Assembly (NCBI RefSeq): GCF_009914755.1
Contig: NC_060947.1
Length of the DNA: 64,000 nucleotides
From: the human T2T-CHM13v2.0 reference genome, Homo sapiens
Reading direction: 5' to 3' (one strand)
The notes under the pieces are model-generated. The model was not told the origin of the DNA. It saw only the letters and a program-made list of their open reading frames with translations, and did not search any database. Positions 1-11,829 of this stretch are shown one piece after another. Each line of letters starts with the position of its first letter. Position 1 is the first letter of the stretch. The translations under genes were made by a program, and so were the position numbers.

Positions 1-841
1 CGCTCTCACCAAATATATTTAACATAATACTGGTGTTCCCAGATATTGCAATAAGGAAAACAAAAAAGATTAAAAAACAAAGATTTGAAAGGAAGAAATA
101 AAACTATCTTTATTTTCTGTGCCATGACTCCTTACACAGACAATGCCAAAGAGCTTATTAAACAGCTATTCTGTCTAAAAATTGAGTTTAGCAAGATTTC
201 AGGATACAAGGAAAATATACAAAAATCAATGATTTTTTATACACCAGCAACGAAAATTGGACATTGAAATGAACAATAAGTAATTTAACAAGTGCATCAA
301 AAGATGAAATACTTAGGTATAAATCTAACAGATTATTTGCAAGACTTCTATGCCAAAAAGTACAAAACCTTGCAGAGAGAAGTCAAAGACCTGAATAAAA
401 AAAGAATTATAATGTGTTCACAGTTTATAACTCTGTGAGAGGAGTTATAATTGGAATTCTAAAAATGTCTAAAAAGTCTCAGACTGGAAGTCTAAAAACT
501 AGATATCATTCTTCCCCAAACTGATCTATTGATACTTAGATCAAAATTGTTATCAAACACCTATTGTTATCAAATATCTATTGTTAATCAAAATTCCAGT
601 AGGCTTTTTCTCTAGAAATGGGAGTGCTGACTCTAGAAGGCATATGGATGCCATAATTTGAATGTTTGTGCCCTCAAACCTCATGTTGAATTTGATCCCC
701 AATGTTGAAGGAGGGGGGCCTAATGGGAAGTGTTCTGGTCATCAGGATTGATCCCTCATTAATAGATTAATACTGGGAAAGGGAGTAAGTGAATTATCAC
801 TCCTATTAGTTCCTGAGAGAGATGGTTGTTAAAAAGAGCCT

Positions 842-953
842 CCCAGATGACGTGTTAGTGGGTGCAGCACACCAACATGGCACATGTATACATATGTAAC
901 TAACCTGCACATTGTGCACATGTACCCTAAAACTTAAAGTATAATAATAATGA

Positions 954-1009
<56 letters not shown>

Positions 1010-1015
1010 AAAAGA
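842..1015 (+). mobile_element. Heavily 5'-truncated young L1PA (L1PA2/3-like) 3' end with (GAAA)n tail
   Basis: ttagtgggtgcagcacaccaacatggcacatgtatacatatgtaactaacctgcac...aaaacttaaagtataat. TSD AAAAAGAGCCT at 831-841 and 1016-1026, at a TT/AAAA endonuclease site. Confidence 0.93.
952..1014. repeat. (GAAA)n tetranucleotide microsatellite derived from the L1 poly(A) tail
   Basis: About 15 near-perfect GAAA units, directly visible. Confidence 0.97.
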
Positions 1016-1589
1016 AAAAAGAGCCTGGCACCTCCTTCCCCTCTCTCTTGCTTCCTATCTCACTAAGTGATCTCCACACAGCTAGCTCCCCTTTGCCTTC
1101 CATTATGAGTGGAAACAGCCTGAGGCCCTTACTAGATGCAAATGCCCAAACGTTAACTTTTCCAGACATCAGCATCATGAGCCAAATAAACCCCTTTTCT
1201 TTATAAATTACCCAGCCTCAGGTGTTCCTTTATAGCAACAGTAAACAAACTAAGAAAATGGAAAAGCAAAGAACTCAGAATAGCCAAAACAATTTTGAAA
1301 GTGAACAAACTTGGAGGACTCACTGTACCTGACTGCATGATTATATAAAGCTACAGTAATCAAGACAATGTGCTATTGGCAAAAATATAGGCATGTAGAA
1401 CAATGGAACAAAAGAGCGTGTCCAGAAATATAACTGTATACATAATGTCAGTTGTTGTTCATCAACGATACCAAGGCAATTCAAGAAAGAAAAGATAGCC
1501 GTTTCAATAAATGGTGCTTGAACATCTTACATGTGAAAAAGAAGTGACCCTTGACCTATACATACCTTACATAAAAAATTAACTTGAAC

Positions 1590-1710
1590 TTATGAGTGCA
1601 GGGACTATATATGGGAAATCTCTATACTTTCCACTCAATTTTACTTTAAACCTAAAACTGCTCGGAAAAAAAGTGTGTATATATACATTTATAAAACTTT
1701 AAAAAATTTT
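1590..1710 (+). mobile_element. Short L1MB-like 3' end inserted in the older L1M
   Basis: atatgggaaatctctatactttccactcaattttac...aacctaaaactgctc followed by an A tract. The flanking repeat aaattaactt is a probable TSD. Confidence 0.65.
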
Positions 1711-1957
1711 AAATTAACTTCAAATGGATCATAGACCCAAATATAACAGGAAAACTATAAAGTTTCTAGGGGAATACAAAGGTGTATATCACAGTGAACT
1801 TTGTTTAGGTAAAGATTTTTTAAATGGGACACAAAAATCATGAATATAAAAAGAAACAAAGTAAATTATATTTCATCAAAACCAAATATTTAAGTTTATT
1901 TTTTCAATAGACACAATTGGGCCACAAACTGGGATAAACTTGGGCAAAACATACGTT

Positions 1958-1988
<31 letters not shown>

Positions 1989-1991
1989 ACA
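1958..1991. repeat. (CA)n microsatellite
   Basis: Direct CA run with one interruption. Confidence 0.95.
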
Positions 1992-3024
1992 TAACTCAGT
2001 TACAAGAAGACAACATCCCAATAATAGCTTTAGAAAAGATTTGAGTAGACACTTCACCTAAGAAGATACAAAAATTGCAAAAAAACATATGTTATGGCAA
2101 CATACATGACTTACCACTTTAGTCCTATTAGAATAGTTAAAAATCAAAGAAACTAACAATGGCAAATGATGATGAGGATTCAGAGCAACAGAAACTCTCA
2201 TTTATTGCTGGTGGCAATGTGAAATGGTACATCCATAGTCACTTTGGAAAGCAGTTTGGCAGTTCTTAAAAGAATAATCATAAACTAAATACTTTTTGTT
2301 TTTAATGTGGTACGTGTGAGTTTTCTAGCACTTCTTGAACTGCTTGATGCCTTTTATCCTTTGTGGAAAGTTCTTGAACACATATCCTACAAATATTACA
2401 TTTTCCAAATTATCTCTCCCCTCTCCATTTCACACTAATTAAATATCTCTTAATTTTTTGTCCTGTAAATCACTCATTAACTCTTCCACATTTTCCAACT
2501 TTGTTGTCACTCCATGTTGCTGTCTGTATTATATCTTACCTCTCTTTCAAATTGCTTTTATACCACTTACTGTGTCTAAGCTGCTATTGAATACAATCCT
2601 TGGGTACATTATTTTAAAAGTCGTTTTAGGTATTTCATTTCAAGAAATTTTCTTCTGGGATAAAGAACTTTCTTTTGGATCAGTTTTAATTTTTTTAGTT
2701 CTATCAGACTTTGCTCTCTAAATTTAAAGCTATGTGCTTGATACATAAATTTTCATATCTAACAATTCATTGAATCGATATGAGATAGCCCTCAAAAAAC
2801 TTTTGAGAGTGGTTGTTCTTAAATTGCCTTTGGTCAGGTATAATTTATTACTGTTGTGGTGTGTCTATTCACTTATGTTCAATATATCATTTTATATCCC
2901 CTAAGAGACTTTAAAAAGTAAATTTTTAGGTGCCTATGTAAACACAAATGAATTCTCCATGTAAAATCTTACAATATGATGTGAACAATAATTTTTACTG
3001 TCATCATCTATGTCACCTGTTATC

Positions 3025-3471
3025 CTATATATATAAAAAGATTTACCATAAGGAATTGGCTCACACCATTATGGAGACTGAGAATTCCAAGATCTGCAGT
3101 AGGCAAGCTGGAGACCCAGAAAATCAGTTCTACTCCCAGTCCAAGGCTTGAGAACCAGGATAACCAATGGTGTAATTTCCAGCCCTGAGTCCAAATCTGC
3201 AGGCAGGAGAAGACCAGCTTCTTAGCTTGAACACAGTCAGGCAAAGAGAAATAGTTCTTATTTACTTAGAATTTTTTTTCTACTCAGGCTTTCAATGGAT
3301 TGGATGAGGCCCACCCACATTGGGGAGTGCAATCTGCTTTCCTCAGTCTACAAATTTAAATGTTAATCTCATCCAGAAACACCCTCACAGACACACTCAG
3401 AAATAATGTTTAACAAACTATCTAGGGGATCTGTGGCCCAGTCAAGTTGACACATAAAATTAACAATCACA
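3025..3471 (-). mobile_element. MLT2 (ERVL) LTR, 3' LTR of an ERVL provirus, truncated at its internal TA run
   Basis: Reverse strand begins tgtgattgttaattttatgtgtcaacttgactgggccacag. The MLT2 core ggattggatgaggcccacccacattgggg is present. Confidence 0.88.
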
Positions 3472-4620
3472 GGTCTACCGTTTATCAGCTTGGCACCCAT
3501 ACACATCTCCTTAAACCATACTTAATCTCCAAATAAAGACAACAATTAGGTCATAATTATCCCTAACAGGATGTACCTATCTTGTGTACAACCAAAAACA
3601 CACTAACCCCTTCCCCAGAAAAGGATGTAAAGCCCTTGAGTGATGTTTACTCCTCTCCTTGATATCCCATAACTTAAATACTATAAAGTAAATTTAACAA
3701 TACTTAAATACTATTATGTACAGTCAACATATCTTATGTTACATGATAAGGGAATAAGAGACGTACAAAAATAGATATACACATGCACATATTCATGAAA
3801 TAAGGAGGAATAATCACATCAATTGCAGCCATTATTTCTGTAACTTGTCACATGGTCCTAGCTGGTCTTTATAACCCCCTTCTTCTGCTACCCCTTCTGT
3901 ATTCCCTTTGCCTTTAGCAAGCACTTCAGCTGGTTGTGGCTCTTTATCTTGTGGGGTGACCCAAACCTGCATTTTTGAAGGGTCTGGGTCATTAATAGCC
4001 CTGTCTGGATTCAGTTGTTATAGTTTTCTATTCACTTAAATCACAGGGCTTGGTAAAACTAAGAGACACCCTAAGGGAGGGGTCCCCAATTCCCGGGCTG
4101 TGGACTGGTACAAAACTGGAAACGGTTTGTGACCTGTTAGGAACCAGGCTGCACAGCAGAAGGTGAGTGCGGCGCGAGTGAGCATTAGCACCTGAGCTCC
4201 TCCTCCTGTCAGATCAGCCTTGGCATTAGATTCTCATGGAAGTTCACAAACCGTATTGTGAACTGCTCATGCGAGGGATCTAGGTTGCATGCTCCTTATG
4301 AGAATCTAATGCCTGATAATCTGAGGTGGAACAATTTCATCCTGAAACCATCCACCCCCATCGCCTCCACCCCCATCGCCACCACCCCGTCTGCGGAAAA
4401 ACTGTCTTTCATAAAACTGGTCACTGGTGCCAAAAAAACTGGGGACTGCTGCCCTAAGGGACTTCCTGTATTCCAGACATAGTCTTCCATACCTCTATTG
4501 TGAAGTGGAAGTCTAATTTCCTCTTAGTGGTCAGGATCAATCACCCCAGCCAGCACAATAGCTCACTTCTTTGTGTATTGATTTGGAGGCAGGAAGAGTT
4601 AAGAGTGGTCAGGTGGCAGT
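3472..4620 (-). mobile_element. ERVL internal region, 3' end (adjacent to the LTR/PPT)
   Basis: Directly abuts the MLT2 LTR with ggcacccatacacatctccttaaaccatacttaatctccaaataaagacaac, typical of the ERVL-int 3' end. ggatcaatcacccc resembles the ERVL dUTPase GVID motif on the minus strand. Confidence 0.75.
4077..4451 (+). mobile_element. MER1B-like hAT-Charlie non-autonomous DNA transposon
   Basis: TIRs gaggggtccccaa...ctggggactgctg and 8-bp TSD CCCTAAGG at 4069-4076 and 4452-4459. Internal gcattagattctcat/atgagaatctaatgc palindrome. Confidence 0.93.
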
Positions 4621-6590
4621 TGTTTTTTCCTGGCTGTATTCAGATATAATTGACAAGTAAACACTATATATATTTAAGGTGCAGAGCATGACATATTGAT
4701 GTATGTATAAATTGTGAAGTAATTACGACAATCAAGCTAATTAACATATTCATCACCTCATATAGTTATCTTTCTTGTGGTGATAATAATGAAGATCACT
4801 CTAAGCAAACTTCAAGTATGCACTATGTTATTATTAATAAGAAAGTGATTTCATTTTCTTTGGATATGTATACAGAAGTGGGATTACTGTACTATATGGT
4901 AGTTCTATTTTTAATTTTTTAAGGAATCTTCATTCTGTTTTTCATATACTAGCTCTATAATTTACACTCCATTATTTTACTCTTTTTGATGCTATTGTAA
5001 ATGGGATTGTTTCTTTAATTTCCTTCTTAAATACTTTATTCTTAATGTATAGAAATACAATTCATTTTTGGCTGTTGATTTTATATCCTACAACATCACT
5101 GAATTTGTTTATTCTAAATTTTTTTGGTGGAGTCTTTAGGGTTTTCTACAGGTATATATATGGTCATGTCATCTGCAGACAGAAACAATTTTACTTATTC
5201 CTTTCTAAGTTGAATGCCTTTTTTATTTCTTTTCCTTGCCTAATTGCTCTTGCTAGGGCTTTTAGAACTACAGTGAATAAAAGTGGCAAGAGTGGGCATA
5301 ACATTGGTCCTGCAATTTTCTTTGCTGGGAGATTTTTGATTATTGATACAATCTCCTTATTCATATAGGTCTGTCGAGATTTTGTATTTCTTCATGATTC
5401 TGTCTTGGTTAAGTTGTGTGTTTCCAGCAATTTATTCATCTGATTTGGTTATCCAATTTGTTAGCATGCAATTGTTTATAGTAGTATCTTTGTATTTTTG
5501 TGGTATCAGTTGTGATGTCTCTTCTTTTATTTCTGATTTTATTTATTTGAGTCTTCTCTCTTTTTTTCTTAGTCTAGCTAAATTTTTGTCAATTTTTTAT
5601 TAAAAAGAAAAGCAACTCTTTTTTTTTCTTTTTTTTTTTTTTTTGAGACAGAGTCTTGCTCTGTCACCCAGGCTGGAGTGCAGTGGCATGAACTCGGCTC
5701 ACTGCAACCTCTGCCTGCTAGGTTCGAGTGATTCTCCTGCCTCAGCCTCTTGAGTAGCTGGGATTACAGGCGAGTGCCACCATGCCCAGCTAATTTTTGT
5801 ACTTTTAGTAGAGACAGGGTTTCACCATGTTGGTCAGGCTGGTCTCGAACTCCTGACCTCGTGATCTGCCCACCTCGGCCTCCCAAAGTGCTGGGATTAC
5901 AGGCATAAACCACTGCACCCTGCTTTTTTTTTTTTTTTCCCGTGAATCCTGGCTATGGGAACAACTGTGAATTTTGTTGATCTTTTCTATTGTCTTCCTA
6001 ATATCTATTTTGTAGATTTCTTCTTTGATCTTTGTTATTTCCTTTCTTCCACTAACTTTGGGCTTAATAAATCCTTTTTTTTCTATTTCCTTGAGATATA
6101 AAGTCAGTTGTTTATTTGAGATTTTTCATTTTTTTGCTTACTTCTTTCTTAGAACTGCCCTTGCTACATCCCATAAGTGTGGTATGTTGTGTTACCAATT
6201 TTATTAGTCTCAAGATATTTTCTGATGTCCTTTTTTATTTCTTCCTTCTCCATTGGTTGTTCAGGAGTGTGTTGTTTAATTTCCAGATATTTTTGAATTT
6301 CCCAGTCTTCCTCCTGTTACTGATTTGTAGTTTCATACTATTGTGCTCAAAAAAGATGCTTGATATGATTTCATTTTTCTTACATTTGTTAAGACATGTT
6401 TTGTTGCTAACATATGATCTATCCTGGAGAATGTTGCATGTGCACTTGAGAAGAATGTGTATTCTGCCGCAGTTGGATGGGATATTCTGTATATCTCTGT
6501 GTTAGGTCTATTTGTTCTAAAGTGTGGTTTAAGTCCAATGTTTCCTTATTGTTTTTCCGTCTGGATAATCTGTTCATTGCTGAAAGTCAT
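4621..6590 (-). mobile_element. Old L1 (L1MA9/L1MB-like), 3' end plus internally deleted ORF2 pieces
   Basis: 3' UTR motif caatcaagctaattaacatattcatcacctcatatagttatc. Antisense ORF2 segments such as gatgctattgtaaatgggattg and gtgcacttgagaagaatgtgtattctgc. Confidence 0.85.
5619..5923 (-). mobile_element. AluS (Sg-like)
   Basis: Full dimeric Alu with poly(T). Contains cctgacctcgtgatc and ccaccatgcccagctaatttttgt. Confidence 0.95.
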
Positions 6591-6591
6591 G

Positions 6592-8183
6592 CATTAAAAA
6601 CAACTATCCCATGATCATCTCAATAGGCTCAGAAAATGCATTTGACAAAATCCAGCATCTCTTTATGAATAAATCCTTCAGCAAGACTGGCATAGAAGGG
6701 ACATACCTTAAGGTGATAAAAGCCATCTATGACAAACCCACAGCCAACATTATACTGAATGGGGAAAGTTGAGAAGATTCCCCCTGAGAACTAGAACACG
6801 ACAAGGATGCCCACTTTCACCACTTCTATTCTGCATAGTACTGGAAGTACTCATCAGATCAATCAGACAAGAGAAAGAAATAAAAAGCATCTAAATCAGT
6901 AAAGAGAACATCAAACTATTGCTGTTTGTCAATGACATGATTGTATATCTAGAAAACCTTAAAGACTCATCCAAAAAGCTCCTAGAACTGGAAAATGAAT
7001 TCAGCAAAGTTTCAGAATACAAAATTAATGTACACAAATCGGTAGCTCCGCTACATACCAACAGCGACTAAGCTGAGAATCAAATCAAGAACTCAACCCC
7101 TTTCACGTAGCTGTAAAAAAAAATTGAAGTTAAAATACTTAGGAATATACCTAATCAAGGAGGTGAAAGACCTCTACAAGAAAACTACAAAAAACTGCTG
7201 AAAGGAATCATAGATAACACAAGCAAATGAAAACATATCCCGTGTTCATGGATGGGTAGAATCAATATTGTGAAAATGACCACACTGCCAAAAGCAATCT
7301 ACAAATTCAAGGCAATTCTCATCAAAATGCCACTGTTATTCTTCACAGAACTAGAAAAACAGTTCTAAAATTCATATGGAACCAAAAAAGAGCCCACATA
7401 GCCAAAGCAAGACTAAGCAAAAAGAACAAATATGGAGGCATTGCGTTACCCAACTTCAGACTATACTATAAGGCTATAGTCACCAAAACAGAATGCTACA
7501 GGTATAAAAAAAATAGGCACATAGACCAATGGAACAGAATAGAGAACGCAGAAATAAAGCCAAATACTTAACAGCCAAATGATCTCTGAAGAAGCAAACA
7601 AAAACTTAAAATGGGGGAAAGGACACCCTATTCAACAAATAGTGCTGGGATAATTGGCAAGCCACCTGTAAAAGAACGAAACTGGGTCCTCATCTCTCAC
7701 CTTATGCAAAACATCAACTCAAGATGGATCAAAGACATAAATCTAAGACCTAAAACCATCTAGATTCTAGTACAGAAGACAGCATCAGGAAAATATTTCC
7801 AGACATTGACTTAGGCAAAGACTTCATGACCAAGAACTCAAACGCAAATGCAAAAAAAAAAGGTAAATAGATAGGACTTAATTAAACTAAGACGCTTCTG
7901 AACAGCAAAAGCAATAATCAGCAGAGTTAACAAACAACCCATCAAGGGGGAGAAAATCTTCACAATCTATATATCCGAAAAAGAACTAATATTCTGAATC
8001 TACAAATAACTCAAATCAGCAAGAAAAAAGCAAACAACCCCCTCAAAATGTGGGCTAAGGACGTGAATAGACAATTCCCAAAAGAAGATATACAAATGGC
8101 CACAAGCATACGGAAAAAATGTGCAACATCACTAATTATCAGGGAAATGCAAATCAAAAGCACAATGCAATACCACCTTACTT
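6592..8183 (+). mobile_element. L1PB-like ORF2 fragment (RT to C-terminus) ending abruptly at the AT-rich tract
   Basis: catgatcatctcaatagg...gcatttgacaaaatccagcatc through gcaaatcaaaagcacaatgcaataccaccttact. Multiple stops and frameshifts. Confidence 0.9.
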
Positions 8184-11100
8184 TATATTTATGTTATACT
8201 TTATAAATATAATATATGTAATATATGCTATATATTATATATAACAATATAATTATAATATAATATTTTTACAATATAATTATAATATAATATATTATAT
8301 TATATAATATATAATTATATCATATATAATTATATAATATATAATATAATATAATATATATAATATATAATTATATAGTATATAATATTATATAATATAT
8401 ATAATATATAATATACTATAGTATAATATATATAATGTATAATTATATAATATATAATATACTATAATATAATATATATAATATATAATTATATAATATA
8501 TAATATTTACATATTATATATTATATAATTATATTTATATTATATATTATATAATTATATATTACATTTATATATTATATATTATAACATATAATATATT
8601 ATAATATATATTATAATATATATAAATATAATATATTATAATATATATTATAATATATATAAATATAATATATTATAATATATATTATAATATATATAAA
8701 TATAATATATAATATGTGTTTTTTATATATTTGATATATTTATATATTTTATATATTAAAGTATAATATATGATATACAATATATATTATATATGTTATA
8801 TGTTATAATATATATGTTATATATGTTATATATGTTATATATGTTTTACATATTATATAAGTTATATATAATATATGTGTTATATATTATATATGTTATA
8901 CATAGTATATATAATATATAATATATATTGTATATCATATATTATACTTTAATATATAAAATGTATAAATGTATCAAATATATAAAAACCTTACCTATTA
9001 TATTTATATATAATAATACATTATATTATAATATATAATATATAAATGTAATATATATTATGTGTTATATAGTATATATTATATATAATAATATATTGTA
9101 TATACTATATATCATATATAATAAGATATATACTATATATCATATATAATAAGATATACAGTATATATAATAAATACATAATATAATATATAATATGTAT
9201 AATATGATATATGATAATACATATAATATATATTGTATATCATATAATATATAATGTAATATAAATATAAATATAATATAAATATAATACATAATATATA
9301 ATATATAGTATGTCATATAATATATAATATATAGTATGTCATGTATTATATATAAGTATAATATAAATATAAATATAAACATATAATATATATTATATAT
9401 TATATAACATATTATATATTATATAATATGTTATATAATATATAATATATATTATATATAATATATACTATATATAATATTTTATATATATTTATATTTA
9501 TATTTTATATATAATACATATATTCTATATATAGTATAGAATATTATATATATTATATCATATAATATAGAAATACAATATATAATATATATTATATATT
9601 ATATAAATATATTATATAATATATATCTTATATATTATATATATTATATATAATTTTATATATAGTATATGATATATAATATTATATATATTTATATTTC
9701 TGTTTTACATATTATATATATAATTTTATATATGTTATATTATATATTATATAAATATATAATATAAGTTATAGAAATATAATATAAATATAAATATAAT
9801 ATATTAGATATATTTATATATAATATATAGTATATATTAGATATATTTATATATAATATATAGTATATATTAGATATTATATTTATATATAACATATAGT
9901 ATATATTAGATATTATATTTATATATAACATATAGTATATATTAGATATTATATTTATATATAACATATAGTATATGTTAGATATATTTGTCTCTAACAT
10001 ATAGTATATGTTAGATATATTTGTCTCTAACATATAGTATATGTTAGATATATTTGTCTCTAACATATAGTATATGTTAGATATATTTGTCTCTAACATA
10101 TAGTATATGTTAGATATATTTGTCTCTAACATATAGTATATGTTAGATATATTTGTCTCTAACATATAGTATATGTTAGATATATTTGTCTCTAACATAT
10201 AGTATATGTTAGATATATTTGTCTCTAACATATAGTATATGTTAGATATATTTGTCTCTAACATATAGTATATGTTAGATATATTTGTCTCTAACATATA
10301 GTATATCTTAGATATATTTGTATGTAACATATAGTATATCTTAGATATATTTGTATGTAACATATAGTGTATGTTAGACATGTTTGTATCTAACATATAG
10401 TATATCTTAGACATGTTTGTATCTAACATATAGTATATCTTAGATATGTTTGTATCTAACATATAGTATATCTTAGATATGTTGGTATCTAACATATAGT
10501 ATATCTTAGATATGTTGGTATCTAACATATAGTATATCTTAGATATGTTGGTATCTAACATATAGTATATCTTAGATATGTTTGTATCTAACATATAGTA
10601 TATCTTAGATGTGTTTGTATCTAACATATAGTATATCTGAGATATGTTTGTATGTAACATATAGTATATCTTAGATATGTTTGTATCTAACATATACTAT
10701 ATCTTAGATATGTTTGTATCTAACATATACTATATCTTAGATATATTTGTATTTAACATATAGTATATCTTAGATATATTTGTATCTAACATATAGTATA
10801 TGTTAGATATTATATTTTGTATCTAATATATAGTACATGTTAGATATTATATTTATATGTAATATATAGTATATGTTAGGTATTAAATTTATATGTAATA
10901 TATAGTCTATATTACATATAAATATACTATATATTATATAAAATATATAATATATACTATATATATTATATATTATAGTATAATATATAATATATATAAA
11001 GTATAATATATATTATATACTATATATTATAATATAAATGATATATATATTTTATATAATATATAATATAGATTATATATTGTAATATAATATAAATGGT

Positions 11101-11304
11101 ATATGATATGTTACATATTATAATTATGTATAATATGTAATATAATATATAATTTAATTTATATATAATATACAGTTTATTAGATTATATATACTATTTA
11201 ATATAATATGTATTATTAATATATTAATAATATGTATTATGTTAAATAGTACATATAATGCATTGTAGTATATATTGTAACATATAAAATATTACATATA
11301 TATA
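8184..11304. repeat. 3.1-kb AT-rich (TA)-derived low-complexity/satellite tract
   Basis: Almost exclusively A/T. Includes a perfect 37-bp x3 repeat at 8591-8701, an inverted repeat at 8720-8988 and the 33-bp minisatellite. Confidence 0.97.
9800..10915. repeat. 33-bp (some 36-bp) AT-rich minisatellite, ~33 units, consensus CTAACATATAGTATAT(G/C)TTAGATAT(A/G)TTTGT(C/A)T
   Basis: Direct tandem periodicity, reflected in the 11-aa periodicity of ORF 9740..10693 (12 + 10 units of 11 aa, then 3 of 12 aa). Confidence 0.97.
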
Positions 11305-11692
11305 AGCTGACTATAAGGAATAGGCTTATCTGCAGCATGCAAGCTAGAGACCTAGGAAAGCCAACTATATAGTGCTAGTTCTAATCCCAAGGCATGAGAA
11401 TCAGAAGACCTGATATTGTAAGTTCTATTTCAAGTCCAGAGAAGGAGACTGGTGTCCCAGCCTGAGGTAGTAAGGCAGAAAGAGAGATAATTCTTTCATA
11501 CACAGACTATTATTCCATTTAGTTCTTCAGTTGATAAGAGGAAGCCCACCCACATCAGGGAGGGCAATCTGCTTTATTCAGTCTATCAATTCAAATGTTG
11601 ATTTTATCCACAAACACACCTATAAATAACGTTTAACCAAATATATGGCACCTCATGGCCCATTCAAGTTGACAAATAAATTTAACCATCAA
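11305..11692 (-). mobile_element. MLT2 (ERVL) LTR fragment
   Basis: gcccacccacatcagggagggcaatctgctttattcagtctatcaattcaaatgtt...caagttgacaaataaatttaaccatca. Confidence 0.85.
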
Positions 11693-11829
11693 AATATTTA
11701 AGATTATCTTCTTTAAATTTACGTTTTGGAGGCTCTGCCACCCTTGTCCTTTTAATGCTGAACAGAACTCTTAAATTAATAAAAATTTTGGGGGAGATTT
11801 TCCCTGAATGTAAGGAAATAGGAGTTGGA

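Larger units (their letters stand above)
649..1257 (+). mobile_element. MaLR MST-family solo LTR (MSTB/C/D-like)
   Basis: Starts tgccataatttgaatgtttgtgccctcaaacctcatgttgaa and ends aataaaccccttttctttataaattacccagcctcagg...aactaagaaa. 5-bp TSD ATGGA at 644-648 and 1258-1262. Confidence 0.9.
1..2290 (+). mobile_element. Old L1M (LINE-1) ORF2-to-3' fragment, interrupted by an MST LTR and a small L1 3' end
   Basis: Degenerate L1 ORF2 sequence: ORF 85..267 has FSKISGYKENIQKS, then gaatagccaaaacaattttgaaa and aagctacagtaatcaagacaatg. It resumes at 1258 after the LTR. Confidence 0.85.

Noticed and set aside
9740-10693. 317-aa ORF with MLETNISNIYY repeats
   Set aside because: It is the translation of a 33-bp minisatellite whose unit is a multiple of 3 and lacks a stop in one frame. 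There is no gene context.
9800-10915. CRISPR-like look (33-bp palindromic repeats)
   Set aside because: Units are head-to-tail with no unique spacers, there are no cas genes, and the DNA is primate.
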